Source: a virus. From it: 64,000 nt of DNA. The position numbers and the translations under genes are program-made. The notes under the pieces were generated by a model. It was not told where the DNA came from. It did not search any database and saw only the letters and a list, made by a program, of their open reading frames with translations. Shown in pieces: positions 7,814 to 17,934 of the stretch. The DNA lies in the IMG/VR virus record IMGVR_UViG_3300042351_000809, one strand, 5' to 3'. Positions within the stretch are counted from its first letter, which is position 1, and every line of letters starts with the position of its first letter.

Positions 7814-8158
7814 ATGCCAGTTTATATTTTTCAAAATCCTAAAACTAAAGAATACAAAGAAGTTTTTCTTTCGATTGACGCAGAGAAAGTGTATTCTGAA
7901 GGAGGAGTAAAATGGCAAAGAATTTTCATCTCTCCTAATGTAAGTGTAGATACACAGATAGATGCGAACTCTGAGCGAGATTTTATTGAAAAAACTAAGA
8001 GAAAAAATTATAATCTTGGTGAAATGTGGGATGCTTCAAAAGATCTTTCTGAAAAACGAGAAAAAGAAAGAGGAGTAGACCCTGTTAAAGAAAAGTCTTT
8101 AAAAGAATACTCTAAAAAACGTCGCGGCGCAAAGCACACGAACAGAGTATCTCTTTAA
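7814..8158 (+). CDS. FmdB-like small protein lacking the Zn cysteines
   Basis: MPVY.F...T....EV....W.RIF..P N-terminus. Confidence 0.5.
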   Translation: MPVYIFQNPKTKEYKEVFLSIDAEKVYSEGGVKWQRIFISPNVSVDTQIDANSERDFIEKTKRKNYNLGEMWDASKDLSEKREKERGVDPVKEKSLKEYSKKRRGAKHTNRVSL

Positions 8159-8189
8159 TTTTTTAGTTTCCCAAATCGGTTTTTCTTCG

Positions 8190-8195
8190 GTGTAA
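8190..8195 (+). promoter_or_regulatory. GTGTAA motif (candidate phage-sigma promoter)
   Basis: GTGTAATTATTA, 13 nt before the RNR ATG. Confidence 0.5.
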
Positions 8196-8208
8196 TTATT
8201 ATCCCTAT

Positions 8209-10176
8209 ATGAGCAAAGCTATTAACTTCCTAGACGAAATGGCGAACTTTACGTTCGTAACAAAATACGCAAAATATGACGAAAAGAAGAAGCGCAGAGA
8301 GACATGGGACGAGACTGTTACAAGAGTCGAGACCATGCACTTGAAGAGATTCAAGCATCTACCAAAAGAAGACAAGTATGAAATTTCAAGAGCTTTCGAC
8401 TTGGTTAGAGAAAGGAAGGTTACTCCTTCAATGCGTAGTATGCAATTCGGCGGTAAAGCGGTTGAAGCGCATAATGGAAGGATCTTTAATTGCGCTGTAC
8501 GTCATATTGATTCTATTCGTTCTTTTGCTGAATCTTTTTATACTTTGCTTTGTGGTACTGGCGTTGGATTTGGTATCACTGATAAGTTCCTCAATCGCTT
8601 ACCTGATCTCGTCAACGCTAAAGATAAGACTGGGACGGTAATCACCTATACAGTTAATGATAGCATTGAAGGGTGGGGCGACTCAATTGAAGCTTTGCTA
8701 AACTGCTATTTTAAGAATACCGCTTATTCTGGCCGCAAGATTGTATTTGATTACAGCAAAATTCGCCCAAAGGGAGCGAAGCTTAAGACTGGTGGAGGAA
8801 AGGCTCCCGGCTATAAAGGTCTCAAGAATTGCCATTTCAAGGTTAAGTTGCTGCTTGATACCATCATTGAAGATAGTAATCAAACCCGCCTTAAGACTGT
8901 CAATGCTTATGATATTTTGATGCATTGTGCTGATGCCGTATTGTCTGGAGGTATTCGCCGTTCTGCTTGCAGCGTTATCTTTGACGCTCAAGATAAGGAC
9001 ATGATGAATGCCAAGACTGGCAACTGGTTCCTTGATAACCCTCAGAGAGCTAGATCAAATAACTCTGCAATTATTATTCGCGGCAAGACTTCTTATGACG
9101 AGTTTGAAACTCTAATTAATAAGACTAAGGAATTTGGTGAGCCGGGATTCTTGTATGTTGTTGATGAGAATCAGCTTTTGAATCCTTGCTTTGAGATTTC
9201 TTTTATTCCAATTACTAAAGATGGACGTTGCGGATTCCAGTTCTGCAATCTCACTTCTATCAATGGAGCGAAAGTTAAGTCACTAGAAGATTTTAAAAAT
9301 GCTTCTTGGGCTGCGTCATTGATTGGAACGTTACAAGCTGCATATACGACCTTCCCTTATCTCGGTCATACTTCCGAAGAGTTGACCGAAGAGGAAGCTC
9401 TGCTTGGAGTTTCTATTACTGGAATGATGGATAATCCAGACATCCTTTTTAACCCAGAATACCAAAGAGAAGCAGCCAAGGTTTCAGTAAATACTAATAT
9501 TGAATGGGCTAAGAAGATTGGAATCAATCAGGCTTCTAGAGTTACTTGCATCAAGCCAGAGGGAACTAATTCCATTGTATTGTCTGCTGCTTCTGGAATT
9601 CATCCTCACCACGCTCGTAAGTACTTCCGCCGCATTCAGGTCAATAAGGAAGATAATGTCTATAAGTTCTTCAAGATGTTTAATGAACACGCTTGCGAAG
9701 AGAGCGTTTGGAGCGCAAATAAGGTTGATGATGTTATTACATTCCCTATTGAAGTAAGTGAGAATGTCAAGATTAAGTCTGAACTAAATGCAATTGAGCA
9801 TTTGGAACTTATTAAATTGACACAAACTAACTGGGTTAATTGCGGCACAACCGCTTCAAACAAGAAGCCATTGAACCATTCAGTTAGCTGCACCGTTATT
9901 GTTAAAGACGACGAGTGGAAGACCGTTACAGAGTACCTTTATAACAATCAAGAGTACTTTACTGCTGTTTCTTTGCTTCCTTATTCTGGAGACAAGATCT
10001 ATCAACAGGCTCCAATGGAAGCAATTGTAACGCCTGAAGATGAAGTTAAATTTAATAAGCTTCAAGAAGAGTGGTCAAAGGTTGACTTTACTAAACTTAT
10101 TGAAGATGAGGATGAAACTAGTCATACTCAGGAAGCTGCTTGTGCTGGCGGAAAATGTGAGCCAGTAAGTCTATAA
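8209..10176 (+). CDS. nrdJ: class II (adenosylcobalamin-dependent) ribonucleotide reductase
   Basis: FNCA, GTGVGF, GGIRRSA, NPCFEI, FCNL, IKPEGT, SGIHPHHA..Y.RR, C-terminal ACAGGKCE; no nrdB partner in the window. Confidence 0.9.
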   Translation: MSKAINFLDEMANFTFVTKYAKYDEKKKRRETWDETVTRVETMHLKRFKHLPKEDKYEISRAFDLVRERKVTPSMRSMQFGGKAVEAHNGRIFNCAVRHIDSIRSFAESFYTLLCGTGVGFGITDKFLNRLPDLVNAKDKTGTVITYTVNDSIEGWGDSIEALLNCYFKNTAYSGRKIVFDYSKIRPKGAKLKTGGGKAPGYKGLKNCHFKVKLLLDTIIEDSNQTRLKTVNAYDILMHCADAVLSGGIRRSACSVIFDAQDKDMMNAKTGNWFLDNPQRARSNNSAIIIRGKTSYDEFETLINKTKEFGEPGFLYVVDENQLLNPCFEISFIPITKDGRCGFQFCNLTSINGAKVKSLEDFKNASWAASLIGTLQAAYTTFPYLGHTSEELTEEEALLGVSITGMMDNPDILFNPEYQREAAKVSVNTNIEWAKKIGINQASRVTCIKPEGTNSIVLSAASGIHPHHARKYFRRIQVNKEDNVYKFFKMFNEHACEESVWSANKVDDVITFPIEVSENVKIKSELNAIEHLELIKLTQTNWVNCGTTASNKKPLNHSVSCTVIVKDDEWKTVTEYLYNNQEYFTAVSLLPYSGDKIYQQAPMEAIVTPEDEVKFNKLQEEWSKVDFTKLIEDEDETSHTQEAACAGGKCEPVSL

Positions 10177-10227
10177 AATTTTTAGACTTTTTTGTGCTAT
10201 AGTATTTTACAGAGTGTAGAATACTAT

Positions 10228-10521
10228 ATGCACATTATTGTTGATTTCTCTAAAGAAATCGAAGCAGCACAAAAGCAATACGGCGGTAAAAAACGCAGTG
10301 AGCTAAAGGACAGCGACTTTCTGTTTCCAGAGAGTCGCTCTTTTCCTATTGTAACGCCTCAAGATGTAAAAGATGCTATCAGTAATTTTGGAAGATATGG
10401 CGGCAAAATGTCTTATCAAGCATTTCTAAAAAGACTATATTCATTTGTAAAGAAAAAAGGATCAGAGTTCGTTTCCGCACTTCCAGAAGCAAGCAAAGAA
10501 AAACTTGGACTAAAGAAGTAA
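10228..10521 (+). CDS. small phage protein (tentatively DUF6582-like)
   Basis: RSELKDSDFLFPESRSFPI...DV..A...FGR; ATG 10228 lies 8 nt after GTGTAG(10214-10219). Confidence 0.6.
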   Translation: MHIIVDFSKEIEAAQKQYGGKKRSELKDSDFLFPESRSFPIVTPQDVKDAISNFGRYGGKMSYQAFLKRLYSFVKKKGSEFVSALPEASKEKLGLKK

Positions 10522-10524
10522 ATT

Positions 10525-10812
10525 ATGAACCCAACAACAGGAGGAGCTATGGATTGGCAAACTTTATTTAATATCGCATTATCTATTCTTAGTTTCTTAG
10601 CTGCATGGGTTTTTAAAAGAAACTTTGATATCATAGATAAACAAGAAGACAAGATATCGGATCTTGAGAAGAAAATCTATGGCATTGAAATATCTCTTCC
10701 TAAAGAATACGTTAATAAAGAAGATCTTAATAAATTCTCAGAGCATATTAATGCTAGATTTGATAAACTGGAAGCTAAACTTGATAATATCATTGAGAGA
10801 AGCAAAACATGA
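10525..10812 (+). CDS. small membrane-anchored coiled-coil protein (holin-like?)
   Basis: One hydrophobic helix then coiled coil and LPKEYV.KED; alternative start at 10549 after AGGAG. Confidence 0.55.
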   Translation: MNPTTGGAMDWQTLFNIALSILSFLAAWVFKRNFDIIDKQEDKISDLEKKIYGIEISLPKEYVNKEDLNKFSEHINARFDKLEAKLDNIIERSKT

Positions 10813-11612
10813 TTTCATTTCTAGTTTTAAATTACAACAGACCTAAAGAAACAGAACTTTGTTTAAAATCAATAAAAAAATTTACGACCTTCTCTCACGA
10901 AATAGTTTTGCTAAATAATGGCGGACAAGATCATGATGCCATTTTTCAGTTTTTCAAAGACGGCTTGATTGACAAGTTAACTCTAAGATCAAAAAATTCA
11001 GGGTGTGGGCTTGGAACAAGAGAGCTATTTAATGACTTCAATTTAAGCAATGAATACGTTATTTACGTTCAGTGCGATCAGTTCATGATCCGCGAATTCT
11101 CAGAACAGGAAATTGTTAGTTATATAAATGTTTTAAAGTCAGATGAATCAGTGAGCCATATTGATCTTTCTGGAAACCAAGGAAACGGCAACTATTCCGA
11201 AAGAGCGCACCTAATAAACAAAAAGTTTTATAATATTATCCCAAATACAATTGGTGGCCCCGGTCCATACGCAAATGAGATGTGGACTGAAGAGAGCCTT
11301 CAGAAATTCTTGAAAGCTAACAATAAGAAATTTCTCATTTCAAAGAATCTTTTATTTGCAGATAATGGTAAAGTGTCTATTCGTGAATACCCTTGCGGCG
11401 GAGAATTGATACAATATACAGATACTAAGGAAGTATTCATTACCAAACCAATTAAGACAAGAGTAGACTTTCCAAATATCCATTTAACTGATAAAGAATG
11501 GAATATGATTTTATCTAATACATGGGTTGATGGAACTATTCCTCATAAGCATAGGGAAAACTCTTTTTTATTTTGGAAAAAACCATTCTCTTCTGATATA
11601 ATGAATGGATGA
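10809..11612 (+). CDS. GT2-like glycosyltransferase
   Basis: ISFLVLNYNRP..T..CL.SI, EIVLLNNG, YVQCD. Confidence 0.75.
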   Translation: MISFLVLNYNRPKETELCLKSIKKFTTFSHEIVLLNNGGQDHDAIFQFFKDGLIDKLTLRSKNSGCGLGTRELFNDFNLSNEYVIYVQCDQFMIREFSEQEIVSYINVLKSDESVSHIDLSGNQGNGNYSERAHLINKKFYNIIPNTIGGPGPYANEMWTEESLQKFLKANNKKFLISKNLLFADNGKVSIREYPCGGELIQYTDTKEVFITKPIKTRVDFPNIHLTDKEWNMILSNTWVDGTIPHKHRENSFLFWKKPFSSDIMNG

Positions 11613-12451
11613 AGGTCTACCTTTGCGGCATAACGCAAAATCAACTTAAAAACATAGATGACCTAACCAAAAATTGCTATCAAGCTTTTGATGGTTTAAT
11701 TTATGTTGATGGCGGATCTACAGATGGCACAAAAGAGCTTCTAGAAGAGAGAAAAGGTTGCGGCCAAGTCATTTATCGCAAGTGGACTAATGACCACGAC
11801 TTTCAGATGAATGAATTTTTGCGTCAAGGACCAATGAAAATTGGCGACTGGTTTGTGCTTAGAGATTCTAGAGAAAGATTTAATACTGAATGGATTGCCG
11901 ATATCAAGAATCTCATTTCCAAAGCTAAGAACTCAGGAATTAGATCAATATATAATTACGGCAAAGGATTCGCTTTTGAATACTATGACGATATGTTCTT
12001 TCATGGTTCTCCTCATTGGGGATTAGTTGGAGCCAGAAATCAAGCAGTAGACTTAAGTCAATTCTTTGATGAAAATAAGAAAGAGCATACTTGGAGGTTA
12101 AGAGATGGAGAAGATGACCCAGAACGAGATGAGTCTTACTATATTGATCATTTCTTTAAATATTACTATGTATACGGAAGAAGCAACCATCTCCTTTTAG
12201 GTCGAGAGAACGATAGAGAAGGTTTTCAGAAAGCTGAAGCCAGAAGAGTAGAGTTTAGAATGTATTGTCATTCTATCGGTTTGGAATTTACGGCAGACTC
12301 TTTCTTAAACTATGCAAGAAACTCTGGAATAGGCGATGCCAAATTTAAGAACTTCATTAACTCAGAAGACATTCTTAAAGATTTCTATAGAAAGAAAATT
12401 CTAAATGAGTCTTTAAAAAGCATTAAAGAAAATAGATTAGTTTTCGTATGA
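11609..12451 (+). CDS. GT2-like glycosyltransferase
   Basis: YVDGGSTDGT, W...DS.ER motifs. Confidence 0.75.
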   Translation: MKVYLCGITQNQLKNIDDLTKNCYQAFDGLIYVDGGSTDGTKELLEERKGCGQVIYRKWTNDHDFQMNEFLRQGPMKIGDWFVLRDSRERFNTEWIADIKNLISKAKNSGIRSIYNYGKGFAFEYYDDMFFHGSPHWGLVGARNQAVDLSQFFDENKKEHTWRLRDGEDDPERDESYYIDHFFKYYYVYGRSNHLLLGRENDREGFQKAEARRVEFRMYCHSIGLEFTADSFLNYARNSGIGDAKFKNFINSEDILKDFYRKKILNESLKSIKENRLVFV

Positions 12452-13086
12452 ATAAAAAAACAGCAATCCTTCCTCAAGAATATGCTAACCACAGCGTTGA
12501 AGGAAAGAGTATCCGTTCAATGCAGAGCTACTCTGAATGGGCAACAGTTCTAAAAGATATTATTCAGCTTTGTGATCCTAAAAACATTTTAGAAATTGGA
12601 TTTTTTGAAGGAGGGTCTAGCTTAAATTGGTTGCTACACACAAGTGCAAACGTAACATCTGTAGATCCAGTTTACCATAGAAGCGATTTAATTCATTGTC
12701 AAATACATGGCACACCATATCCAGACAAGTCTTGGACATTTAAAGCCGTTGACCATTTAAAAAATTCATTTGGCGAAAGATTTAATTTTATAAATGAAGA
12801 CAGTAGAAAAGTAAAAGACAAGATCAAAGATCAAAAGTTCGATTTTATTTTTATAGATGGAGATCACTGGGAAGACTGTGTTAGAAATGATATTCAGTTA
12901 GCACTTGATCTTGAAATAGATTATATGCTCCTAGATGATTGGGGAAGAGATGTAGAAAGAGTATATCAACAAGAATTCTCTAATCACTTTTTACCATTAC
13001 GTTTTTATCACGATCACGATCCGAAACAACTGCTTTGCAAAAGAATCAATAACAAACTAGGCAACGTTCCTATTGTATTCCAATGA
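12448..13086 (+). CDS. class I SAM-dependent methyltransferase (Methyltransf_24-like)
   Basis: ILEIGFFEGGS, SVD, FDFIFIDGDH. Confidence 0.85.
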   Translation: MNKKTAILPQEYANHSVEGKSIRSMQSYSEWATVLKDIIQLCDPKNILEIGFFEGGSSLNWLLHTSANVTSVDPVYHRSDLIHCQIHGTPYPDKSWTFKAVDHLKNSFGERFNFINEDSRKVKDKIKDQKFDFIFIDGDHWEDCVRNDIQLALDLEIDYMLLDDWGRDVERVYQQEFSNHFLPLRFYHDHDPKQLLCKRINNKLGNVPIVFQ

Positions 13087-13844
13087 AATTTTCTTCATAT
13101 ACTTCTGCATTTAATCTCATAAAAATGGGATTCGATTGGCAGAACTCTCTCCTAAACTATTCTCAGTTTATGGACGAGGTGGTCTTAGCTATAAATAAAT
13201 CAGAAGACAATACTTATGAAATTGTTAATCAGTTTATAATTGACAGAGGCATTTTAAACATTACGCTTTGTCAATGCAATTTTGATTATAATGATTTGGC
13301 GTTTGATGGCAAAATAAAGAACTTCGCTCTCCAGCACACTATTGGAGATATAAAAATTTCTTGCGATATTGATGAAAGGTTCCCTCTCTATCAAAGAGAT
13401 CTTTGGAGGAGAGCCGCCGAATATCTACTTTCACAAAATCAAGCTTCTGCATTTTTAATTCCAAGCATTAACTTGTGTGGTGATATTTACCATTATAAGG
13501 ACATAGGCTATAAATGGTATATGCACAAAGACGGATTGTATCGTGGAATAGTTAATTTTGCTAAAAAGCAAGACGGGAAGATAGACACAGATAAAAGCGA
13601 TACCTGTGAACTAATCGACGCAAATGGAAATCTTGTTCAAACCCTTATGTTTAATAATTCAATAGAAAAACTTAGAGAAGGAGAAACTCCTTATGTTTTT
13701 CATTATTGGGCTGTAGATAAAGAGCAGAGAGAAAGACAAAACGAATTCTGGCAACCTGTCTGGTCTAATCGCGCAGGAAAAGAAATAAATACTAAAACTG
13801 ATTTTTCAAAAATAGAAATCAAAGCTCATAATTTAAAAATATGA
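13083..13844 (+). CDS. GT2-like glycosyltransferase
   Basis: DEVV.....SEDNT, KNFALQ, DIDE motif, VFHY. Confidence 0.7.
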   Translation: MKFSSYTSAFNLIKMGFDWQNSLLNYSQFMDEVVLAINKSEDNTYEIVNQFIIDRGILNITLCQCNFDYNDLAFDGKIKNFALQHTIGDIKISCDIDERFPLYQRDLWRRAAEYLLSQNQASAFLIPSINLCGDIYHYKDIGYKWYMHKDGLYRGIVNFAKKQDGKIDTDKSDTCELIDANGNLVQTLMFNNSIEKLREGETPYVFHYWAVDKEQRERQNEFWQPVWSNRAGKEINTKTDFSKIEIKAHNLKI

Positions 13845-14518
13845 CAGAACAAGAACAAAAGTGCATAAGTAATATGCATCTTCCATTTTTTGGATGCTTC
13901 ATGCAGCAGCACCCAAATGCGCCAAGAGCAATTAACCAGCTTCTGCTTGAAAATAATTTTACTAATATCATAGAGCTTGGAACCCATGATGGAGGACTTT
14001 CTGTATTTTTAGCTCTATACTGTTATTTGAGCAAAAATGTAGCCACATCGCAAAATTCAAATGAGCCAGTTCTTTACAAGAACAGAACTCATCATAAATC
14101 TCCAAAGTCATTTTATACGTTCGATAATGTTATTAGAGATCAAAGCATTGTTAATCTTATTGAAGCATTAGGCGGGAAATTTCATGAGTTTGATATTCTA
14201 ACAAATGAGATGTGCGTTTCTTATGTAGGCAAGCTGATTCAAAATGAAGGCAGGACTCTTTTGCTTTGCGACAATGGAGACAAGGTAAAAGAATTTAATA
14301 TCTATTCTAAATTCTTAAAGCCGGGAGACGTAATAATGTCTCACGATTTCTTTAAAAATGAAAATGACTTTGAGGATGCTAAAAGAGCTAATAAATGGTT
14401 CTCATGGGAAACAAAGCCTCACGAAATAAATCAAGCGTGTTTAGATAACAAAATAAAGCAATGCTATCAAGAAATTTTTGATGAATGTTTTTGGTTTTGC
14501 GGCACAAAGACTAATTAA
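13841..14518 (+). CDS. CmcI/Methyltransf_24-like methyltransferase
   Basis: IIELGTHDGG, LKPGDVIMSHD. Confidence 0.75.
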   Translation: MTEQEQKCISNMHLPFFGCFMQQHPNAPRAINQLLLENNFTNIIELGTHDGGLSVFLALYCYLSKNVATSQNSNEPVLYKNRTHHKSPKSFYTFDNVIRDQSIVNLIEALGGKFHEFDILTNEMCVSYVGKLIQNEGRTLLLCDNGDKVKEFNIYSKFLKPGDVIMSHDFFKNENDFEDAKRANKWFSWETKPHEINQACLDNKIKQCYQEIFDECFWFCGTKTN

Positions 14519-14519
14519 T

Positions 14520-15236
14520 ATGTTTAACATCGTTTTTTTAACTAGCACAAGGCAGCACTATGGACTTAACGACGTAGATATCGTAAGCCTAAAAGACTTG
14601 TTTAAAAAGTCTCAACTAGCCGCCAAAGTAGACAAGTTAGCTCATATAAAAATAATACCCGGAGATGAGAAGATAGCTTTTGAAAAACAAGAGTTCTTTA
14701 AGTCTTTAGGTTTTGAAGTCATTCATACTACAGAGCATTGGAAAAACGACCATGAGAGTCACGCTTTGGGTCTAATTAAAGACATGGCAAAGTGCTACAA
14801 CCATCCAATGACAAAAGCTCACCAGTTTACTTTTCATCTAGAAAACGACTGGGTATTTTATTCTAATGAATTAGACCGCTTGCTTGATAATTCCGTTCGT
14901 ATTCTTGAAGAGAACTCTAATCTTATCTATCACAGATATTCAAGAGTAGACCAGCCAGACATAGTTCAAAGGCTAAAAGGTCAGCCTAAAGACGACTTCT
15001 TTATTGCAAAAACTGAATGGAGCTTCAATCCAGCAATGCTTCGCTCTAGAGACATGATCCATATTTCTAACTTTGTGCTTAAAAATTTCCAAAGGATTCA
15101 TCCTCATGTAGAAATGGCTTATGAACTTGCTGCTAAATATTTATTAAATCAAGAAGACATTTTTAGTTTTACTGACAATAAAATAGTAGAGCATATTGGT
15201 TGGGAAAAGGAATATAATAATTTTATAAATAAATAA
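14520..15236 (+). CDS. GT-A-like glycosyltransferase
   Basis: FHLENDW, WSFNP, VEHIG motifs; ATG 14520 preferred. Confidence 0.65.
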   Translation: MFNIVFLTSTRQHYGLNDVDIVSLKDLFKKSQLAAKVDKLAHIKIIPGDEKIAFEKQEFFKSLGFEVIHTTEHWKNDHESHALGLIKDMAKCYNHPMTKAHQFTFHLENDWVFYSNELDRLLDNSVRILEENSNLIYHRYSRVDQPDIVQRLKGQPKDDFFIAKTEWSFNPAMLRSRDMIHISNFVLKNFQRIHPHVEMAYELAAKYLLNQEDIFSFTDNKIVEHIGWEKEYNNFINK

Positions 15237-15237
15237 T

Positions 15238-15864
15238 ATGTGGTTTCAAAAAGGCGTAGATAATCCAGAACACGATTTTCATGATATTCAACAGATGGCA
15301 ATAGACTCTGCTTCTGAAGGAGACCTATTGGTAGAAGTTGGATCTTTTTTAGGAGAATCAATGCATTCTTTAATAGACAAAGGCAAGAAAAGTAATAAAA
15401 AATTGAAATATATAACAGTTGATTATTTCGATTTAGATGTAATGTGTAGAGATAACGACGAAGGAGGCTCCTACCATCAAGAAATGGATAAGCCAATGCC
15501 AGACGGTACTATTCCAAATGAATGGATAAAAAAATATGGCCCAAGATGTATGCTTGTAGAATATTTTAATTATCTACATTTGGCTAAAAAAAATAATGAT
15601 ATGCACTCTGTTATTGTTGCAAAGAGTTATGACGCTGCTGATTATTTCAAAGATGGGTCAGTGCATTTTTGTTTTATAGATGCTGGACATTCATATGGGA
15701 ACGTAACAAAAGATTTGAATGCTTGGTTTCCAAAAATTAAGTATAACGGATATCTATGTGGACATGATTGGCATGGAGAAGGAGTTAGAAACGCTGTAAT
15801 AGATTTCGCAAAAGATAAAAAAATGAAAATTTATACTACGGCCTCTAGCTGGATTTTAAAATAA
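15238..15864 (+). CDS. class I SAM-dependent methyltransferase (Methyltransf_24-like)
   Basis: VEVGSFLGES, FIDAGHSY..V..D...W.PK...GYLCGHD. Confidence 0.88.
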   Translation: MWFQKGVDNPEHDFHDIQQMAIDSASEGDLLVEVGSFLGESMHSLIDKGKKSNKKLKYITVDYFDLDVMCRDNDEGGSYHQEMDKPMPDGTIPNEWIKKYGPRCMLVEYFNYLHLAKKNNDMHSVIVAKSYDAADYFKDGSVHFCFIDAGHSYGNVTKDLNAWFPKIKYNGYLCGHDWHGEGVRNAVIDFAKDKKMKIYTTASSWILK

Positions 15865-16742
15865 TGGATAAAAAAATTAAAATCTTTGCTGGCAGAGGTT
15901 CTTTAATAGGGGACACAGTAATGTTTCTCCCTGCCTTAACTATTCTAGAAAAGTATTTTCCTGATTCGTATAAAATATTTCCAATTTCACAAAAGACATC
16001 TTACTCTTCTGTATTTTTCTTAAATCACCCATTGATAGATAAAATTCATATCGTCGAGCAGCACGAAGGTTTAGGTCATCAAGATGCCGAGATAATAAAA
16101 AAGTGTGATTATTTTATTCATCCATTTCCACAACACCCTCCTTGTCCCGGCTTAACTGTTGGTATAGATAATTTTTGGTACAATCATTATACTTGCGTAG
16201 AAGAGACCATGAGAATGGCATCTATTTCAATGGACGCATTTAAGTGTCTAGAGGAGCAAGAAAAGAAGCCAAAGCTTTATCAATGGTTTAATTCAGAAAG
16301 GAAAAGCAAGTCTATCGCAATCCACGCAAGGGCTGGCTATAATGATGCCCCAATAAGAAACCCTTCTACCGCTTATTGGAAAGAGTTAACAAAGAAGATT
16401 CAAGACAAAGGCTATAAAATATACCATTGTGGAGTAGAGAAAGAAGAAGATATAGGAGAAAACATAACAAGAATTACTCATTTATCTTTGTTTGACCAGA
16501 TCAAGGTTTGTCTTGGTTGCGACTTAGTTATAGGTACAGATAGCGGATTTAACTGGCTTATAGGTGCTTATGGACACCCAATGATTAGCCTACTGTGCTG
16601 TTCTGCTCCCAATCATAATCAAAATCTTTTTGCTTTCGCTCCTGACAACTATAAAAATAACAACATAAATTTATTAGCTCACGGATCTTGCGACAATATT
16701 AAGCAAGAAGAAATTCTTGATGCTATTGATAAATTAATTTAG
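15864..16742 (+). CDS. GT9 (heptosyltransferase-like) glycosyltransferase
   Basis: IGDTVM.LPAL, HPLIDKI, IAIHA, IGTDSG..W...AYG.P. Confidence 0.8.
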   Translation: MDKKIKIFAGRGSLIGDTVMFLPALTILEKYFPDSYKIFPISQKTSYSSVFFLNHPLIDKIHIVEQHEGLGHQDAEIIKKCDYFIHPFPQHPPCPGLTVGIDNFWYNHYTCVEETMRMASISMDAFKCLEEQEKKPKLYQWFNSERKSKSIAIHARAGYNDAPIRNPSTAYWKELTKKIQDKGYKIYHCGVEKEEDIGENITRITHLSLFDQIKVCLGCDLVIGTDSGFNWLIGAYGHPMISLLCCSAPNHNQNLFAFAPDNYKNNNINLLAHGSCDNIKQEEILDAIDKLI

Positions 16743-16758
16743 TATTAATGATATAAAT

Positions 16759-17934
16759 ATGAAAATGAGATATCCATTACAAACAGATAATTTTACTTTA
16801 TGGGATAGAATCAAGGCTGCATTTTTCGTTTTAAATAAAAACAACAGGCTAACTACTGGCCCTAAAGTCATAGAATTAGAAAGAAAGTGGGAACAGATTT
16901 CTGGCCCAGATACTAAATGTGTAGCTGTCTCTTCAGGTTCTACAGCTAATCATCTTTTGGTAGAGACTTTTATTCAGAGCCTTAATCTTAATCCAAAAGA
17001 TATAACTGTTTTTGTCCCTTCTACAACGTGGGCATCATCTATAAGCCCTTGGATAATGAGAGGGTGTAAAATTGTTTTTGTAGATATTAATCTTACTGAT
17101 TTTAGCTTTGACTATAAAGAACTAGAAAAGAAACTAGAAAGCGCAAAAAACTCTAAAAAAGTAAAAGTAATTTGGCCTACTGCTTTAATTGGCTTTATAC
17201 CTGATATCGAAAAGCTAAATGAATTAAAAGAAAAACACAACGCTTATCTGTTTGCTGATCTTTGTGAAACAACGATGGGAGAATATCTCGGCAAGAACAT
17301 TCTTCGTTGTTTTGACATGGCAACAACTTCTTTCTTTTGGGCGCATCAAATTTGCGGCATTGAAATGGGAATGCTTTTCATGCAAGAGAGCTTTATTAAG
17401 AATAGTGAATTCTATATCAATGCTCAAATGATTCGAAGTCACGGATTGACTAGAGTTCTTCCAAAGGAAAACAATGTTAGACAATACATAGAGAAGAATA
17501 ACCCAGATGTTGATCCTGAGTTCTTATTTTATAAAGTTGGCACAAATTATAGAACGACAGACTTAAATGCTTTTTTTGCTTTGATGGATACTGAAAGATA
17601 TTATAAATATATAAATCAAAGAAAAGAAACATGGCAATACTTTGTTTCAAGTCTTCCATGTGATTATATAAAACCCAATATTAATATCGTACCTTTTTGC
17701 TTGCCAATTATTAATGCAAACAAAGACATCAAAGAATTAAAGAGAAATCTAAATAAAAACGGTTGGGAAACGCGACCAATTATATGCTTTTTGCCAATAA
17801 ACCCTGCGTTTAAAGAATATGCAGGAAACGACACTTTCCCCAATAGTTCATTTTTAAATAAAAATGGTTTCTATGTTGGATTAAATAAAGATATTTCTAA
17901 AGCAGAAATCGACCAGTTGATTTCATTACTATGA
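16759..17934 (+). CDS. PLP-dependent DegT/DnrJ-family enzyme with His at the Schiff-base Lys position (ColD-like 3-dehydratase)
   Basis: SSGSTAN, D.CE..G, SFFWAH (His where aminotransferases have Lys), RSHG, G.NYR, ETRPI. Confidence 0.8.
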   Translation: MKMRYPLQTDNFTLWDRIKAAFFVLNKNNRLTTGPKVIELERKWEQISGPDTKCVAVSSGSTANHLLVETFIQSLNLNPKDITVFVPSTTWASSISPWIMRGCKIVFVDINLTDFSFDYKELEKKLESAKNSKKVKVIWPTALIGFIPDIEKLNELKEKHNAYLFADLCETTMGEYLGKNILRCFDMATTSFFWAHQICGIEMGMLFMQESFIKNSEFYINAQMIRSHGLTRVLPKENNVRQYIEKNNPDVDPEFLFYKVGTNYRTTDLNAFFALMDTERYYKYINQRKETWQYFVSSLPCDYIKPNINIVPFCLPIINANKDIKELKRNLNKNGWETRPIICFLPINPAFKEYAGNDTFPNSSFLNKNGFYVGLNKDISKAEIDQLISLL

